A DNA stretch of 63,936 nucleotides, the filler included, from Octopus bimaculoides (Eukaryota): assembly GCF_001194135.2 (NCBI RefSeq). It is 5 parts of 5 records of this genome, joined end to end, with 100 filler letters (N's around TTAATTAATTAA, not from the genome) between each part and the next. Parts side by side here need not be neighbours in the genome. Positions count along the whole stretch, not along the records: positions 24,316 to 31,478 come from NC_068987.1; positions 31,579 to 61,037 come from NC_068983.1; 3 more parts are not named here. The stretch is one strand, 5' to 3'. The notes under the pieces are model-generated. The model was not told the DNA's origin and did no database searches. It saw nothing but the letters and a program-made list of their open reading frames with translations. Below are positions 24,216-34,428 of this stretch, piece after piece. Each line of letters opens with the position of its first letter. The stretch's first letter is position 1. Both the position numbers and the translations under genes were made by a program.

Positions 24216-24315
24216 NNNNNNNNNNNNNNNNNNNNNNNNNNNNNNNNNNNNNNNNNNNNTTAATTAATTAANNNNNNNNNNNNNNNNNNNNNNNNNNNNN
24301 NNNNNNNNNNNNNNN
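24216..24315. other. Artificial scaffold-joining spacer 44N-TTAATTAATTAA-44N
   Basis: Exactly 100 nt; the 12-mer (24260-24271) has stop codons in all six frames; the same structure occurs four times. Confidence 0.95.
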
Positions 24316-24357
24316 TATATATATATATATATACATATATATACATATATATACAAA

Positions 24358-24458
24358 TATACGACGGGCTTCTTTCAGTTTCCGTCTACCAAATCCACTT
24401 ACAAGGCTTTGGTCGGCCCGAAGCTATAGTAGAAGACACTTGCTCAAGGTACCACGCA
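24358..24458 (-). mobile_element. SINE family A central domain
   Basis: ACGACGGGCTTCTTTCAGTTTCCGTCTACCAAATCCAC...CTATAGTAGAAGACACTTGC.CAAGGT. Confidence 0.85.
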
Positions 24459-25004
24459 ACACTCCACGTGTAGTTGGTCGTGTACATATATGAAGAGATA
24501 TTTTTTATTCGAAAACCCTCGAAATTGAATTTCATTCTGGCTGCATAACTTATTTAAAACTTTTAAGCAATAACAAACCGACTTCCCCTCGTATTCGTAA
24601 CCATGCTAATATATTGTGTCAAACCAAATTTACACCGAGTACCCTAAAATACATATGAACATTGAATCCCTTTTATATCGTAAATTTACATATTGCATTA
24701 TGCTCCGCTAATCCTCTTCTGTGATTCCTTGTCTTATATTTTCTGACCTTTCACACGCATAATTACGTAATTCTCCTTCTAACGACTGTATTATCAATTC
24801 AGTTTTATTCATACACTGAGTCAACCTTTTGCTTCTACATCCAACATAGAATCAACCTTTCATCTTTATTTATCCCAAGATAGAGAGATGATTCCTTTAC
24901 ACAGCCTAGCTAACTCCAACTGTCTCTTTTTCTTTCTACTAAATCTTTCCGTACTGGCCCCGTAGTTTTAATTTCATCTTGAATTTTAAACCCGATATTA
25001 ATAA

Positions 25005-25219
25005 TGGTTTCAAATTTTGCCACACGGACTGCAGTTTTGGGGGAGGGGATGAGTCGATTACATCGACCCCAGTGTTTCAGTAGTACTTAATTTATCGACC
25101 CCGATAGAATGTAAGGCAAAGTCGACCTCGGCGCAATTTGAACGCAGAACGTAGGGACGGGCGAAATACTGCTAAGCATTTCGTCTGGCGCGCTAACGAT
25201 TCTGCCACGTCGCCGCCTT
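25005..25219 (-). mobile_element. SINE family B (TTTGAAACCA-tail subfamily)
   Basis: Full head-to-tail match to 19909-20126; flanked by CGATATTAATAAT. Confidence 0.9.
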
Positions 25220-25233
25220 CAAACTCGATATTA

Positions 25234-25451
25234 ATAATCCTTTCTACTATAAGCACAAGGCCTGAAATTTTGGGGAGAGGGTAAGTAGATTTCATCGACC
25301 TCAGTACTCAACTGGTACTTATTTTACCGACCCCGAAAGTATGATAAGCAAAATCGACCTCGGTGAAATTTGAACTTAGAACGTAAGGACAGACGAGCTA
25401 CCGTCAAGCATTTAGCCCGGCGTGCTAACAATTCTGCCAGATGGCAACCCT
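25234..25451 (-). mobile_element. SINE family B (GTAGAAAGGA-tail subfamily)
   Basis: Second, tandem copy with a different 3' tail; flanked by CGATATTAATAAT. Confidence 0.9.
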
Positions 25452-25970
25452 ACTCGATATTAATAATAAAATCTCTCCTGTCCTTATTTTTGACTTTTAA
25501 AACTGTTGCTGTGTAAATAATTTATCTTCTATATATATATATAATTATCAGTCTCTATTTAGTGAACGTACAATTATCTGGTATATTTGATCACACACAC
25601 ACGTATATGTATATATATATAAACAATATATGAGTATATGCATATATATGTACATGTATGTATATACGTTCATCTACATGTACATATAGATACATAACTG
25701 GGTACATGACGTGGCAAAAGAACAAGGACAAAATGGTAAACAAGGTGCAACAAACAAGCAGGCCACATAGAAGCATCCCCTTCATCAGCTGCCACCATTA
25801 AAACTCCGGCGTTTCGAAGAATTAAGGCAGTACGCATCGTTAAAATGGTTCTTCCCACGAACACAAATTAAACTGTTTTCGTGGAGGGTAGTGGCGGACG
25901 GAAAACAAGACAGGAAAACGAAACGGTGAAATAAACAATGTATATATGTATGAGTATATGCATTCGTAGC

Positions 25971-26108
25971 AGCTTCCCAACCACATAGCTCCGGGTTCAG
26001 TCCCATTGTGTGGCACCTTGGGCAAATGTCTTCTACTATAGCCTCGGGTTGACAAAAGCCTTGTGAGTGGATTTGTTTGACGGAAACTGAAAGAAGCCCG
26101 TCGTGTAT
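25971..26108 (+). mobile_element. SINE family A head and centre, 5'-truncated
   Basis: CCGGGTTCAGTCCCA...CCTTGGGCAAATGTCTTCTACTATAG...GGAAACTGAAAGAAGCCCGTCG. Confidence 0.85.
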
Positions 26109-26174
26109 ACACATATGTGTATAGGTATACACCACATATATATATTTGTGTGTGTGTATTTGTGTGTGTGCATA

Positions 26175-26248
<74 letters not shown>

Positions 26249-26803
26249 ATAATTATATATATGTACAGCTACTAAATAATGTGCATGATCTTTGCTTGTT
26301 AATGAGCTGGAAAACAAAAAGGACTTATTAGTTCAGCTGAATATTTGCGGCTTGTGTGTGTGTGTGTGTGTGTGTTGTACATATACAGCATATATACATA
26401 CAGGTAATGTATGTGTGCGTTTGCGTGTGTGTGTGTGTGTGTATTTATGTGTGTGTGTGTGAGAGAGAGAGAGATAGTGAGAGCAATTATTCTCTGTTTC
26501 CCCTTCTAAACTGGTGTTGAAATAGTTATAAACTAACCCTCCATAAATGCTACCCTCTCTCCTTCTCTACTCTAGTTTCTATATCAACAATGGGCAAAAC
26601 TGCAACCCGCAAAACCTTCTGATAACGATAAATTACATTGAATTCTTTTTAGCTGTGCGGTCCGCCTGATGCAAAGTGACATCTCATGTGGCCTGCATCT
26701 CAGAAACGGTTGCTCACGCCTGTTCTATATTTTACCCTTTCCCTTCAAGTCCTGCGAGAATGAACTTTTCATGTTAACAGACATATATCTGCTCTTTTGG
26801 CGC

Positions 26804-26874
26804 TAGTTATATTTAGGCTTGTATTATATTTAGTTATATTTAGGCTTGTATTATATTTAGTTATATTTAGGCTT
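26804..26874. repeat. 27-bp tandem repeat x2.6 (TAGTTATATTTAGGCTTGTATTATATT)
   Basis: Units start at 26804, 26831 and 26858. Confidence 0.9.
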
Positions 26875-26882
26875 AAATGTAT

Positions 26883-27492
26883 AGGCGTAGGCGTGGCTGT
26901 GTGGTAAGAAGCTTGCTTCCCAACTACAAGGTTCTGGATTCAGTCCCACTGCATGGCACTTTGGGCAAGTTTCCTCTACTATAGCCTCGGGCCGGCTAAT
27001 GCTTTGTGAGTGGATTTGGTAGACGGAATCTGAAAGAAGCCCGTCGTGTATATATATATATATATATATATATAATTTAAAGAGTTCCAACTCTGTCTGT
27101 TTTTTATGTTTTATTTATATTCTTATAAAATTAAAGTGGGATATAGAATATGGAATATATAATATAAATAGTAAAATTAAATGAAGTATTGAATGTCTTA
27201 TTGAATATATGAAATATTGAGTATTAAATATATAAGGGCTAGTATACTTTCCTGCTTTATAGCAGTCATCAAGGTCCCGTCTGACATGTATGTGTGTCTG
27301 TGTTTGTCCCCCCCCCCATGATCGCTTGACAACCGATGTTGGTGTGTTTATGTCCCCATAACTTAGCGTTTCGGCAAAAAGAAACGGATAGAATAAGTAC
27401 TAGGCTTAGAAAGAATAGGTCGATTTGTGCGACTAAAGGCGGTGCTCCAGTATGGCCGCTGTCAAAATGACTGAATAAAGTAAAAGAGTAAA
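26883..27492 (+). mobile_element. SINE family A, split at its internal (TA)n by ~230 bp of AT-rich DNA
   Basis: 5' half 26883-27050 and 3' half about 27288-27492 are colinear with the intact copy at 52459-52837. Confidence 0.8.
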
Positions 27493-27554
27493 AGAGTAAA
27501 TGTGCGTGCGTTTGGAACGACAACTGAGCCAAATAAGTGACGACATGTTGTTAA

Positions 27555-27825
27555 ATGTTTAGAATATACAACTCATGATCGTAAGGCCATTAGTTCGATT
27601 CCCGGCAGTGCGTTATATCTTTGAGCAAGACACATCATGTTGTTCCAGTCCACTCAGCTGGCAAACATGAGTAGCCCCTGTATTTCAAAGGGCCAGTCTT
27701 GTCACATTCTCTGTTACGATAAATCTCCCTGTGTGTCTGAGGAGTACTCAGCCATTTGCATGTTAATTTTTCGAGCCGGCTGTTCCGTTGGTCAGCTAGA
27801 TCCCTTATAACCGACGTAGTGCGAT
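27555..27825 (+). mobile_element. SINE family C, degenerate
   Basis: GATCGTAAGG...GTTCGATTCCCGGC...CTTTGAGCAAGACAC...CCAGTCCACTCAGCTGGCAAA...TATTTCAAAGGGCCAG. Confidence 0.8.
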
Positions 27826-28493
27826 TAACAGTGTAAAAACCACTTCTTAGCTCCTTATCCGTATTTTATTACCTTGAAGTTTTCATCCCATTAAGCTCAT
27901 TCACGGTTTTACGGGTCCAGGTTATCCGACAGATGATAATCTGGAGACTGTTATATCAAACGGATGCCTCAAAATCCACAAATTTTCGCATAGTTTCTAC
28001 AATTATAACGAAAGAGAACAGAGTGAAACAATTTTAAATCAATTAAACAAAAGAACTTGCTCATCAGAGAAAGCAGGGTNNNNNNNNNNNNNNNNNNNNN
28101 NNNNNNNNNNNNNNNNNNNNNNNNNNNNNNNNNNNNNNNNNNNNNNNNNNNNNNNNNNNNNNNNNNNNNNNNNNNNNNNNNNNNNNNNNNNNNNNNNNNN
28201 NNNNNNNNNNNNNNNNNNNNNNNNNNNNNNNNNNNNNNNNNNNNNNNNNNNNNNNNNNNNNNNNNNNNNNNNNNNNNNNNNNNNNNNNNNNNNNNNNNNN
28301 NNNNNNNNNNNNNNNNNNNNNNNNNNNNNNNNNNNNNNNNNNNNNNNNNNNNNNNNNNNNNNNNNNNNNNNNNNNNNNNNNNNNNNNNNNNNNNNNNNNN
28401 NNNNNNNNNNNNNNNNNNNNNNNNNNNNNNNNNNNNNNNNNNNNNNNNNNNNNNNNNNNNNNNNNNNNNNNNNNNNNNNNNNNNNNNNNNNNN

Positions 28494-28657
28494 AAAAAAC
28501 ACAACAGATGAAGACAGGTGGTGTAGAAAACAAATAGATGTATTAGTATAACGCTCGGGAATTGAAAAAGTCTATAACGTTTCGAGCCTACGCTCTTCAA
28601 CAGAAAGGAACACAGAAAGAAACAAGGAGAAAGGAAAAACATGTGTGTAGTGGTTAG
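28494..28657 (-). mobile_element. Short repeat HH2 with hammerhead-like core
   Basis: Reverse complement: CCTTT-CTGTTGA-A-GAGC-GTAG-GCTC-GAAAC-GTT-ATAGA (28571-28608); colinear with 21499-21670; adjoins (TA)n. Confidence 0.65.
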
Positions 28658-28673
28658 CGATCTATCATGACGA

Positions 28674-28732
<59 letters not shown>

Positions 28733-28881
28733 AATAGAGAGAGGGAGAGAGAGAAAGAGAGGGAGAGAGAGAGAAGGAGAGAGAGAGTATGTAGGTATAT
28801 ATGTGTGTACATGTGTGAACATGTAGGTATACATGTGTGTATACAATAAATATATACATATAATCATAGGCATGTGTGTGC

Positions 28882-28917
<36 letters not shown>

Positions 28918-29006
28918 CTTCATCTATTAATCCATCTGTCTATCTATTCATATAAATGTGTATTTGTATATATTCCTTTATATATATGCATACATACATA
29001 TGTATA

Positions 29007-29053
<47 letters not shown>

Positions 29054-29199
29054 ATATTGTATATATGTAAGCTACACACACACAAAGAAACTATCTCTCT
29101 CAGTCACTAACATTCGCATAACGAAATATATGCCAAAGCACCGAAAGACTCCACTCTAAAAGCGTCGCTGTGAGGTTAAATGTTTCTTAACATCATTGC

Positions 29200-29244
29200 A
29201 CTTCCGCCATCTTCCACTGTTTGTTACATGATAAAGCGCGCGCG
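29200..29244 (-). promoter_or_regulatory. Possible YY1 + ETS composite motif with a nearby CpG cluster
   Basis: The minus strand reads AAGATGGCGGAAGT (YY1 consensus AAGATGGCGG overlapping the ETS core GGAAGT); GCGCGCGCG at 29236-29244. Motif match only. Confidence 0.25.
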
Positions 29245-29650
29245 AGGCACACAGACACCACACACACACACACACACACATGCACACGTGCGCATGCGCA
29301 TATACATACATATACACATACAAAATAAATAAACAAATAAAATAGATAACACAAAAATATCCATACCAACTTGTGAAACATCCTGCTGTATATTTTAATA
29401 ACAAAAGATTGTTGTTATTTATCTTGTTGTTATTGTTCAGATCCAGATCATCTCCAATCAAGTTGGCGAACGATGAAAACTTTCCAACCGTGACCATACC
29501 ATTTAATTATCAGACGTAGTATAACATTTAGGACATACGTTACCCATCTTATTCCCCCCCCTCCCATTTTTTTTAAAAGACGATAGTGCGTATTTGAGGG
29601 ATATATATGCTGCTATTATTAGAAGTTTATGTGACCCAGAATCTCAAAAT

Positions 29651-29806
29651 TATTATTATTCAGGTCATTGCCTGTAATCAAACTCGGAATCTTGGAGTTA
29701 GTAGCCCACGCTCTTAACCACTACGCCATATGCCCGTGGTTAAGAGCGTGGGCTACTAACCCCAAAATTCCGAGTTCGATTTCAGGCAATGACCTGAATA
29801 ATAATA
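29651..29806. mobile_element. Palindromic pair of tRNA-like SINE heads (71-bp arms, 14-nt loop)
   Basis: Arms 29651-29721 and 29736-29806 with 4 mismatches; the head has an A box (TGGCGTAGTGG) and a B box (GAGTTCGATT). Confidence 0.85.
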
Positions 29807-29957
29807 ATAACATCGAAAAATACCTTAGGAATGAGAACCCAGGTTCGAAATTTCCCCAAGAAACCTGATGAAGGCTGGAGGGTATATCAGCCGAAACGTG
29901 TTAACAACAAAGATGAGGACAAATATCCATCAAATGTAAATAATGTAAATAATGTAT
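29807..29957 (+). mobile_element. Short repeat HH1 with hammerhead-like motif
   Basis: AACATCGAAAAATACCTTAGG...CTGATGA(29865-71)-A-GGCTG-loop-CAGCC-GAAAC-GTGTT; ends in AATGTAAAT repeats; second copy at 50573-50705. Confidence 0.7.
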
Positions 29958-30354
29958 AACTTTAAATGCTTGTAAATTCTTTATCATTAATTTTATGAGC
30001 AGAAATAAATGCGACTTTCGTCACCAACATGCAAAGCTCCAACAGGAGCCAGATTGAGCCAAAAAACAGGAAGGAAAAAAGAGGGTCACTTACTGTAATG
30101 CGTTTTTTTGCATGACACTATTGCCGAAGGTTACCGTGGTCATTTCCGTAGGCTTTTCTTTCCACGGATAAACCTAATCTGTTTTCCCTTTTTACATTGA
30201 CATTTCTGTGATACACGATCACTATTGATCGGCCTTTTTTTTTTCTTCACGATCCCTTTTGATCGAAATTCGACCCACTTTTTTTTTCTCTTCTTCTTCC
30301 CAAAAAGAAAAGCTCTACTTTGTATTTTGTCCCTTGTGTGGCCAATAAAGAAAC

Positions 30355-30374
30355 ATATCTATCTATCTATCTAC

Positions 30375-30466
<92 letters not shown>

Positions 30467-30536
30467 GTGTCTGCCTGCATGCTGTCTGCTTGTTTGTCTG
30501 CCTCTGCATGTCTGTCTGTCTGTCTGTCTGTCTGCA

Positions 30537-30570
<34 letters not shown>
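30355..30570. repeat. (TATC)n/(TGTC)n compound microsatellite
   Basis: Direct reading. Confidence 0.9.
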
Positions 30571-30571
<1 letters not shown>

Positions 30572-31214
30572 TTAGCCATCCACTTATCACAAATTAAATT
30601 ACAAAATACAAAATCAAATGAAAAGACAACACAAGCCCCCAGTAAAAACCGTAGAGTGAAAGTATAACGTATCGTACATCGTCTTTCGCCGGATATTAGC
30701 AGAAAAATCTCAGGAAGAGGGAAAAGATGAGAAGAAAAGAGATAAAGAGAGAAGAGAATGGTATGAATGTATGTTCTATATTTTTTGTTATTTCAACTTT
30801 TTCTCTGAGGAAAGGCCGGGTTTCTTACAAAGATACAAAGCTCTATTGTTGCAATATAGATAACAAGAACAAATTCGCATTTTAAACTTGAGAAAATCTT
30901 GTATATTTATACTGTTCTACTCACAAATTATATTACAAGTGCGATCTGTGAGTGGAACAGTAAGAATATGCAAGACTTTTCTCAGGTTCCTAATGTGAAG
31001 TTGTCTGTGTTAACTACATCCCAAAGATGGAGCCTTGTATCTCTGTCGGAAACCAGCTCCCTCCTCAGTGGAAGATTTATAATAATTAAAAAATAGAGGA
31101 GACATACATACATATATATATTGTTTAATAAACATAATATATGTATTTATCAAATAATATTCATCTCTCACCAGATGGAGTACTTTTTTGCTGATCTTAC
31201 TATCACGGAACAGT

Positions 31215-31261
<47 letters not shown>

Positions 31262-31478
31262 AATATCCGAAGTTCAAATGCCGGTGAAGTTAACATTATG
31301 TACCAGCGGTTTGTGAAGATAAGATTGTTACCAAGCTGGTGACGTGGTGGTAGATTTAAACCACTTTGCATTTCGTCTGTGAAACTCGTAATCTTGTCTT
31401 AAATGTAACAGATTATCAACAAATATGATTACTGTACAGTCAGATAAGAAACCATGTTTGTTTGGTTGTTTGTGTTGA

Positions 31479-31578
31479 NNNNNNNNNNNNNNNNNNNNNN
31501 NNNNNNNNNNNNNNNNNNNNNNTTAATTAATTAANNNNNNNNNNNNNNNNNNNNNNNNNNNNNNNNNNNNNNNNNNNN
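31479..31578. other. Artificial scaffold-joining spacer
   Basis: 44N-TTAATTAATTAA(31523-31534)-44N. Confidence 0.95.
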
Positions 31579-32779
31579 TATATATATATGTATGTATGTA
31601 TGTATTTATGTATGTATGTATGTTTGACTGTGATTCCAAATTTCGGCTAGTTCGCCTCTGTCAAATTCTGCAATATAGTAAATAGTTTATGGCAAGTCGA
31701 ATTTTTGGTGCGGTAGAATTATGTTAAATAACAATTAAGTTTGTTGTACCAATGTCGGGGAAGTTGATATATAGGATGGTGGATAATGTAGAATGTAAGG
31801 AAAGATTCTGTCTAAACGGAATGCAAAAATAAAAAAAAAGAATTATCAAACAGGTGGGTCAAGATCGGCTGTGTTTAATAGTAGTCACGATATTCATAGT
31901 AGTGGAAATAGTTTTTTCGCTTTTTAGGGAACAGAAAAGAATATTTTTATATGAATTAGCTGGTCGTCTAACATATGTCAACTGAGGCTTAAAGAATTTT
32001 GGTCCTATTACATTTCTTCTGGGGAATTTCACTCTGTGTTTTGAGACAGTACAGATTGAAAGACTGTATTTATGAATATTTACTAGGGCCTTTTAATCTT
32101 GCTCTTTCATGAGTATTTGTAGTCATATTATTATTTCATAGCATAACGCTACATATCTTGACAAATTCCCCAGCACGTTGAATTTGTTTGCGTTGAAACC
32201 ACATAGCCTGGTGTCCAGTATCATTGCGTGTCACCTTCTTATATTGGAACCAAAAGGCAGCCACCAAAATCGATTTGGAATTTTCAGACCTAGCAGAGAT
32301 AAAAACCGGTGTAAAATAATGTCTGTTATCACTACTTAATATCTATAATGAATATATGTTCAGGGAAGTCAAATGAAATCAAAGAATGCAAAATAAATCA
32401 TATGAGCATAAGCAATATAAAATACGTTGATGAGACAATATAATTTGCCAAGGAGATGTAATTAAATGTGTGTGTGTATATATATACGTAATTAAAACTT
32501 TAAGCTTCAAAGTTGCGGTCATACTGGAGTACCATGTACAAGATCAAGTGACATTAAAAGTGTAAATATGACGTAACAAAATAATTGTTTATTAGCAAGA
32601 GAGAACAAAAAGACACAAATATTTGATGTAGACGAACAGAAGCTTGAGGAAAGGAAAATCTTCAAGTAACAAGGGTAATTATAAAACAGGTAGGTTGCTA
32701 TGTAGACGCTACTTAAAGGAGTCAACTGGTTATTTATAAGAAAGAAAAGCATTTTCATTTGGAAAGACATCACATTATA

Positions 32780-33025
32780 CATAACGTTGAGGCAAACAAT
32801 CTAGTATGTAATGTCGATTGTAAACTGCAAGGAGGAACCTGGACAAGATACACAGCAATAGAAAAAATATAGGCGCCTTTGAAGTGTGGAGCAGTCGCAG
32901 ATCGGCCAGAATATACAGGATACAGAGTAACGGACGCTGCATTATTGAAGATTTGGAAGTTCCGAAACACTTATTTTCGAGCATCAGCAACAGAAAACAC
33001 AATCATATTTTGGACGTATTCATTA
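32780..33025 (+). pseudogene. Decayed RTE-like LINE fragment (region C-terminal to the RT)
   Basis: Frameshifted pieces GTWT, AFEVWSSRRSARI, YRVTDAALL, SISNRK and YFGRI parallel the RTE-type pattern ETWT..AFEMW..RR.LRI.W..RVTN..VL...I..RK..YFGHI. Confidence 0.55.
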
Positions 33026-33310
33026 TAATCTGCCATGAATCAACGACGAGGACGATCTTCCCATGATGTGTGGTGGAAATGATGTCTAAATGATATCACA
33101 TGTTTAGGGACTAACGTCATAAAATAAAGAAATGAGTTAAAAGCACGAGCTCATTGCACGCCTGCAACATAGCAATGTGAAAATGAGGGTTTCTTGGCAA
33201 GCCGATGTCGCTACAGCGTCGAGTCGTGGCTGCGTACTACAAACACACACACGCGTGCGCACACACACCTACACACATTTCTGTACGTGTATATGTATAT
33301 ATATATATAT

Positions 33311-33352
33311 GGGAGAATGTACGAAAAAAAACAACAACAGACGAGAGCAGGT
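33311..33352 (-). mobile_element. 3' end of an HH2 copy running into a gap
   Basis: GGGAGAATGTACGAAAAAAAACAACAACAGACGAG is the reverse complement of the 21635-21670 end; preceded by (TA)n. Confidence 0.7.
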
Positions 33353-34338
33353 NNNNNNNNNNNNNNNNNNNNNNNNNNNNNNNNNNNNNNNNNNNNNNNN
33401 NNNNNNNNNNNNNNNNNNNNNNNNNNNNNNNNNNNNNNNNNNNNNNNNNNNNNNNNNNNNNNNNNNNNNNNNNNNNNNNNNNNNNNNNNNNNNNNNNNNN
33501 NNNNNNNNNNNNNNNNNNNNNNNNNNNNNNNNNNNNNNNNNNNNNNNNNNNNNNNNNNNNNNNNNNNNNNNNNNNNNNNNNNNNNNNNNNNNNNNNNNNN
33601 NNNNNNNNNNNNNNNNNNNNNNNNNNNNNNNNNNNNNNNNNNNNNNNNNNNNNNNNNNNNNNNNNNNNNNNNNNNNNNNNNNNNNNNNNNNNNNNNNNNN
33701 NNNNNNNNNNNNNNNNNNNNNNNNNNNNNNNNNNNNNNNNNNNNNNNNNNNNNNNNNNNNNNNNNNNNNNNNNNNNNNNNNNNNNNNNNNNNNNNNNNNN
33801 NNNNNNNNNNNNNNNNNNNNNNNNNNNNNNNNNNNNNNNNNNNNNNNNNNNNNNNNNNNNNNNNNNNNNNNNNNNNNNNNNNNNNNNNNNNNNNNNNNNN
33901 NNNNNNNNNNNNNNNNNNNNNNNNNNNNNNNNNNNNNNNNNNNNNNNNNNNNNNNNNNNNNNNNNNNNNNNNNNNNNNNNNNNNNNNNNNNNNNNNNNNN
34001 NNNNNNNNNNNNNNNNNNNNNNNNNNNNNNNNNNNNNNNNNNNNNNNNNNNNNNNNNNNNNNNNNNNNNNNNNNNNNNNNNNNNNNNNNNNNNNNNNNNN
34101 NNNNNNNNNNNNNNNNNNNNNNNNNNNNNNNNNNNNNNNNNNNNNNNNNNNNNNNNNNNNNNNNNNNNNNNNNNNNNNNNNNNNNNNNNNNNNNNNNNNN
34201 NNNNNNNNNNNNNNNNNNNNNNNNNNNNNNNNNNNNNNNNNNNNNNNNNNNNNNNNNNNNNNNNNNNNNNNNNNNNNNNNNNNNNNNNNNNNNNNNNNNN
34301 NNNNNNNNNNNNNNNNNNNNNNNNNNNNNNNNNNNNNN

Positions 34339-34428
34339 GTGGCAACATATTAAAACCAAGTGGGAGAGAGCAGAGGACTTATATATTCTTCCTCTGCTCT
34401 CTCCCACTTGGTTTTAATATGTTGCCAC
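34339..34428. repeat. Perfect 39-bp inverted repeat with a 12-nt loop, at a contig edge
   Basis: 34339-34377 is the exact reverse complement of 34390-34428. Confidence 0.9.

Noticed and set aside
30094-30143. Minus-strand ATG...GTAAGT mini first exon (MTTVTFGNSVMQKNAL)
   Set aside because: GTAAGT occurs every few kb by chance; no supporting evidence.
30990-31070. Minus-strand peptide ELVSDRDTRLHLWDVV resembling a WD40 repeat end
   Set aside because: In-frame stop shortly after, and the motif spacing does not fit a full WD repeat.
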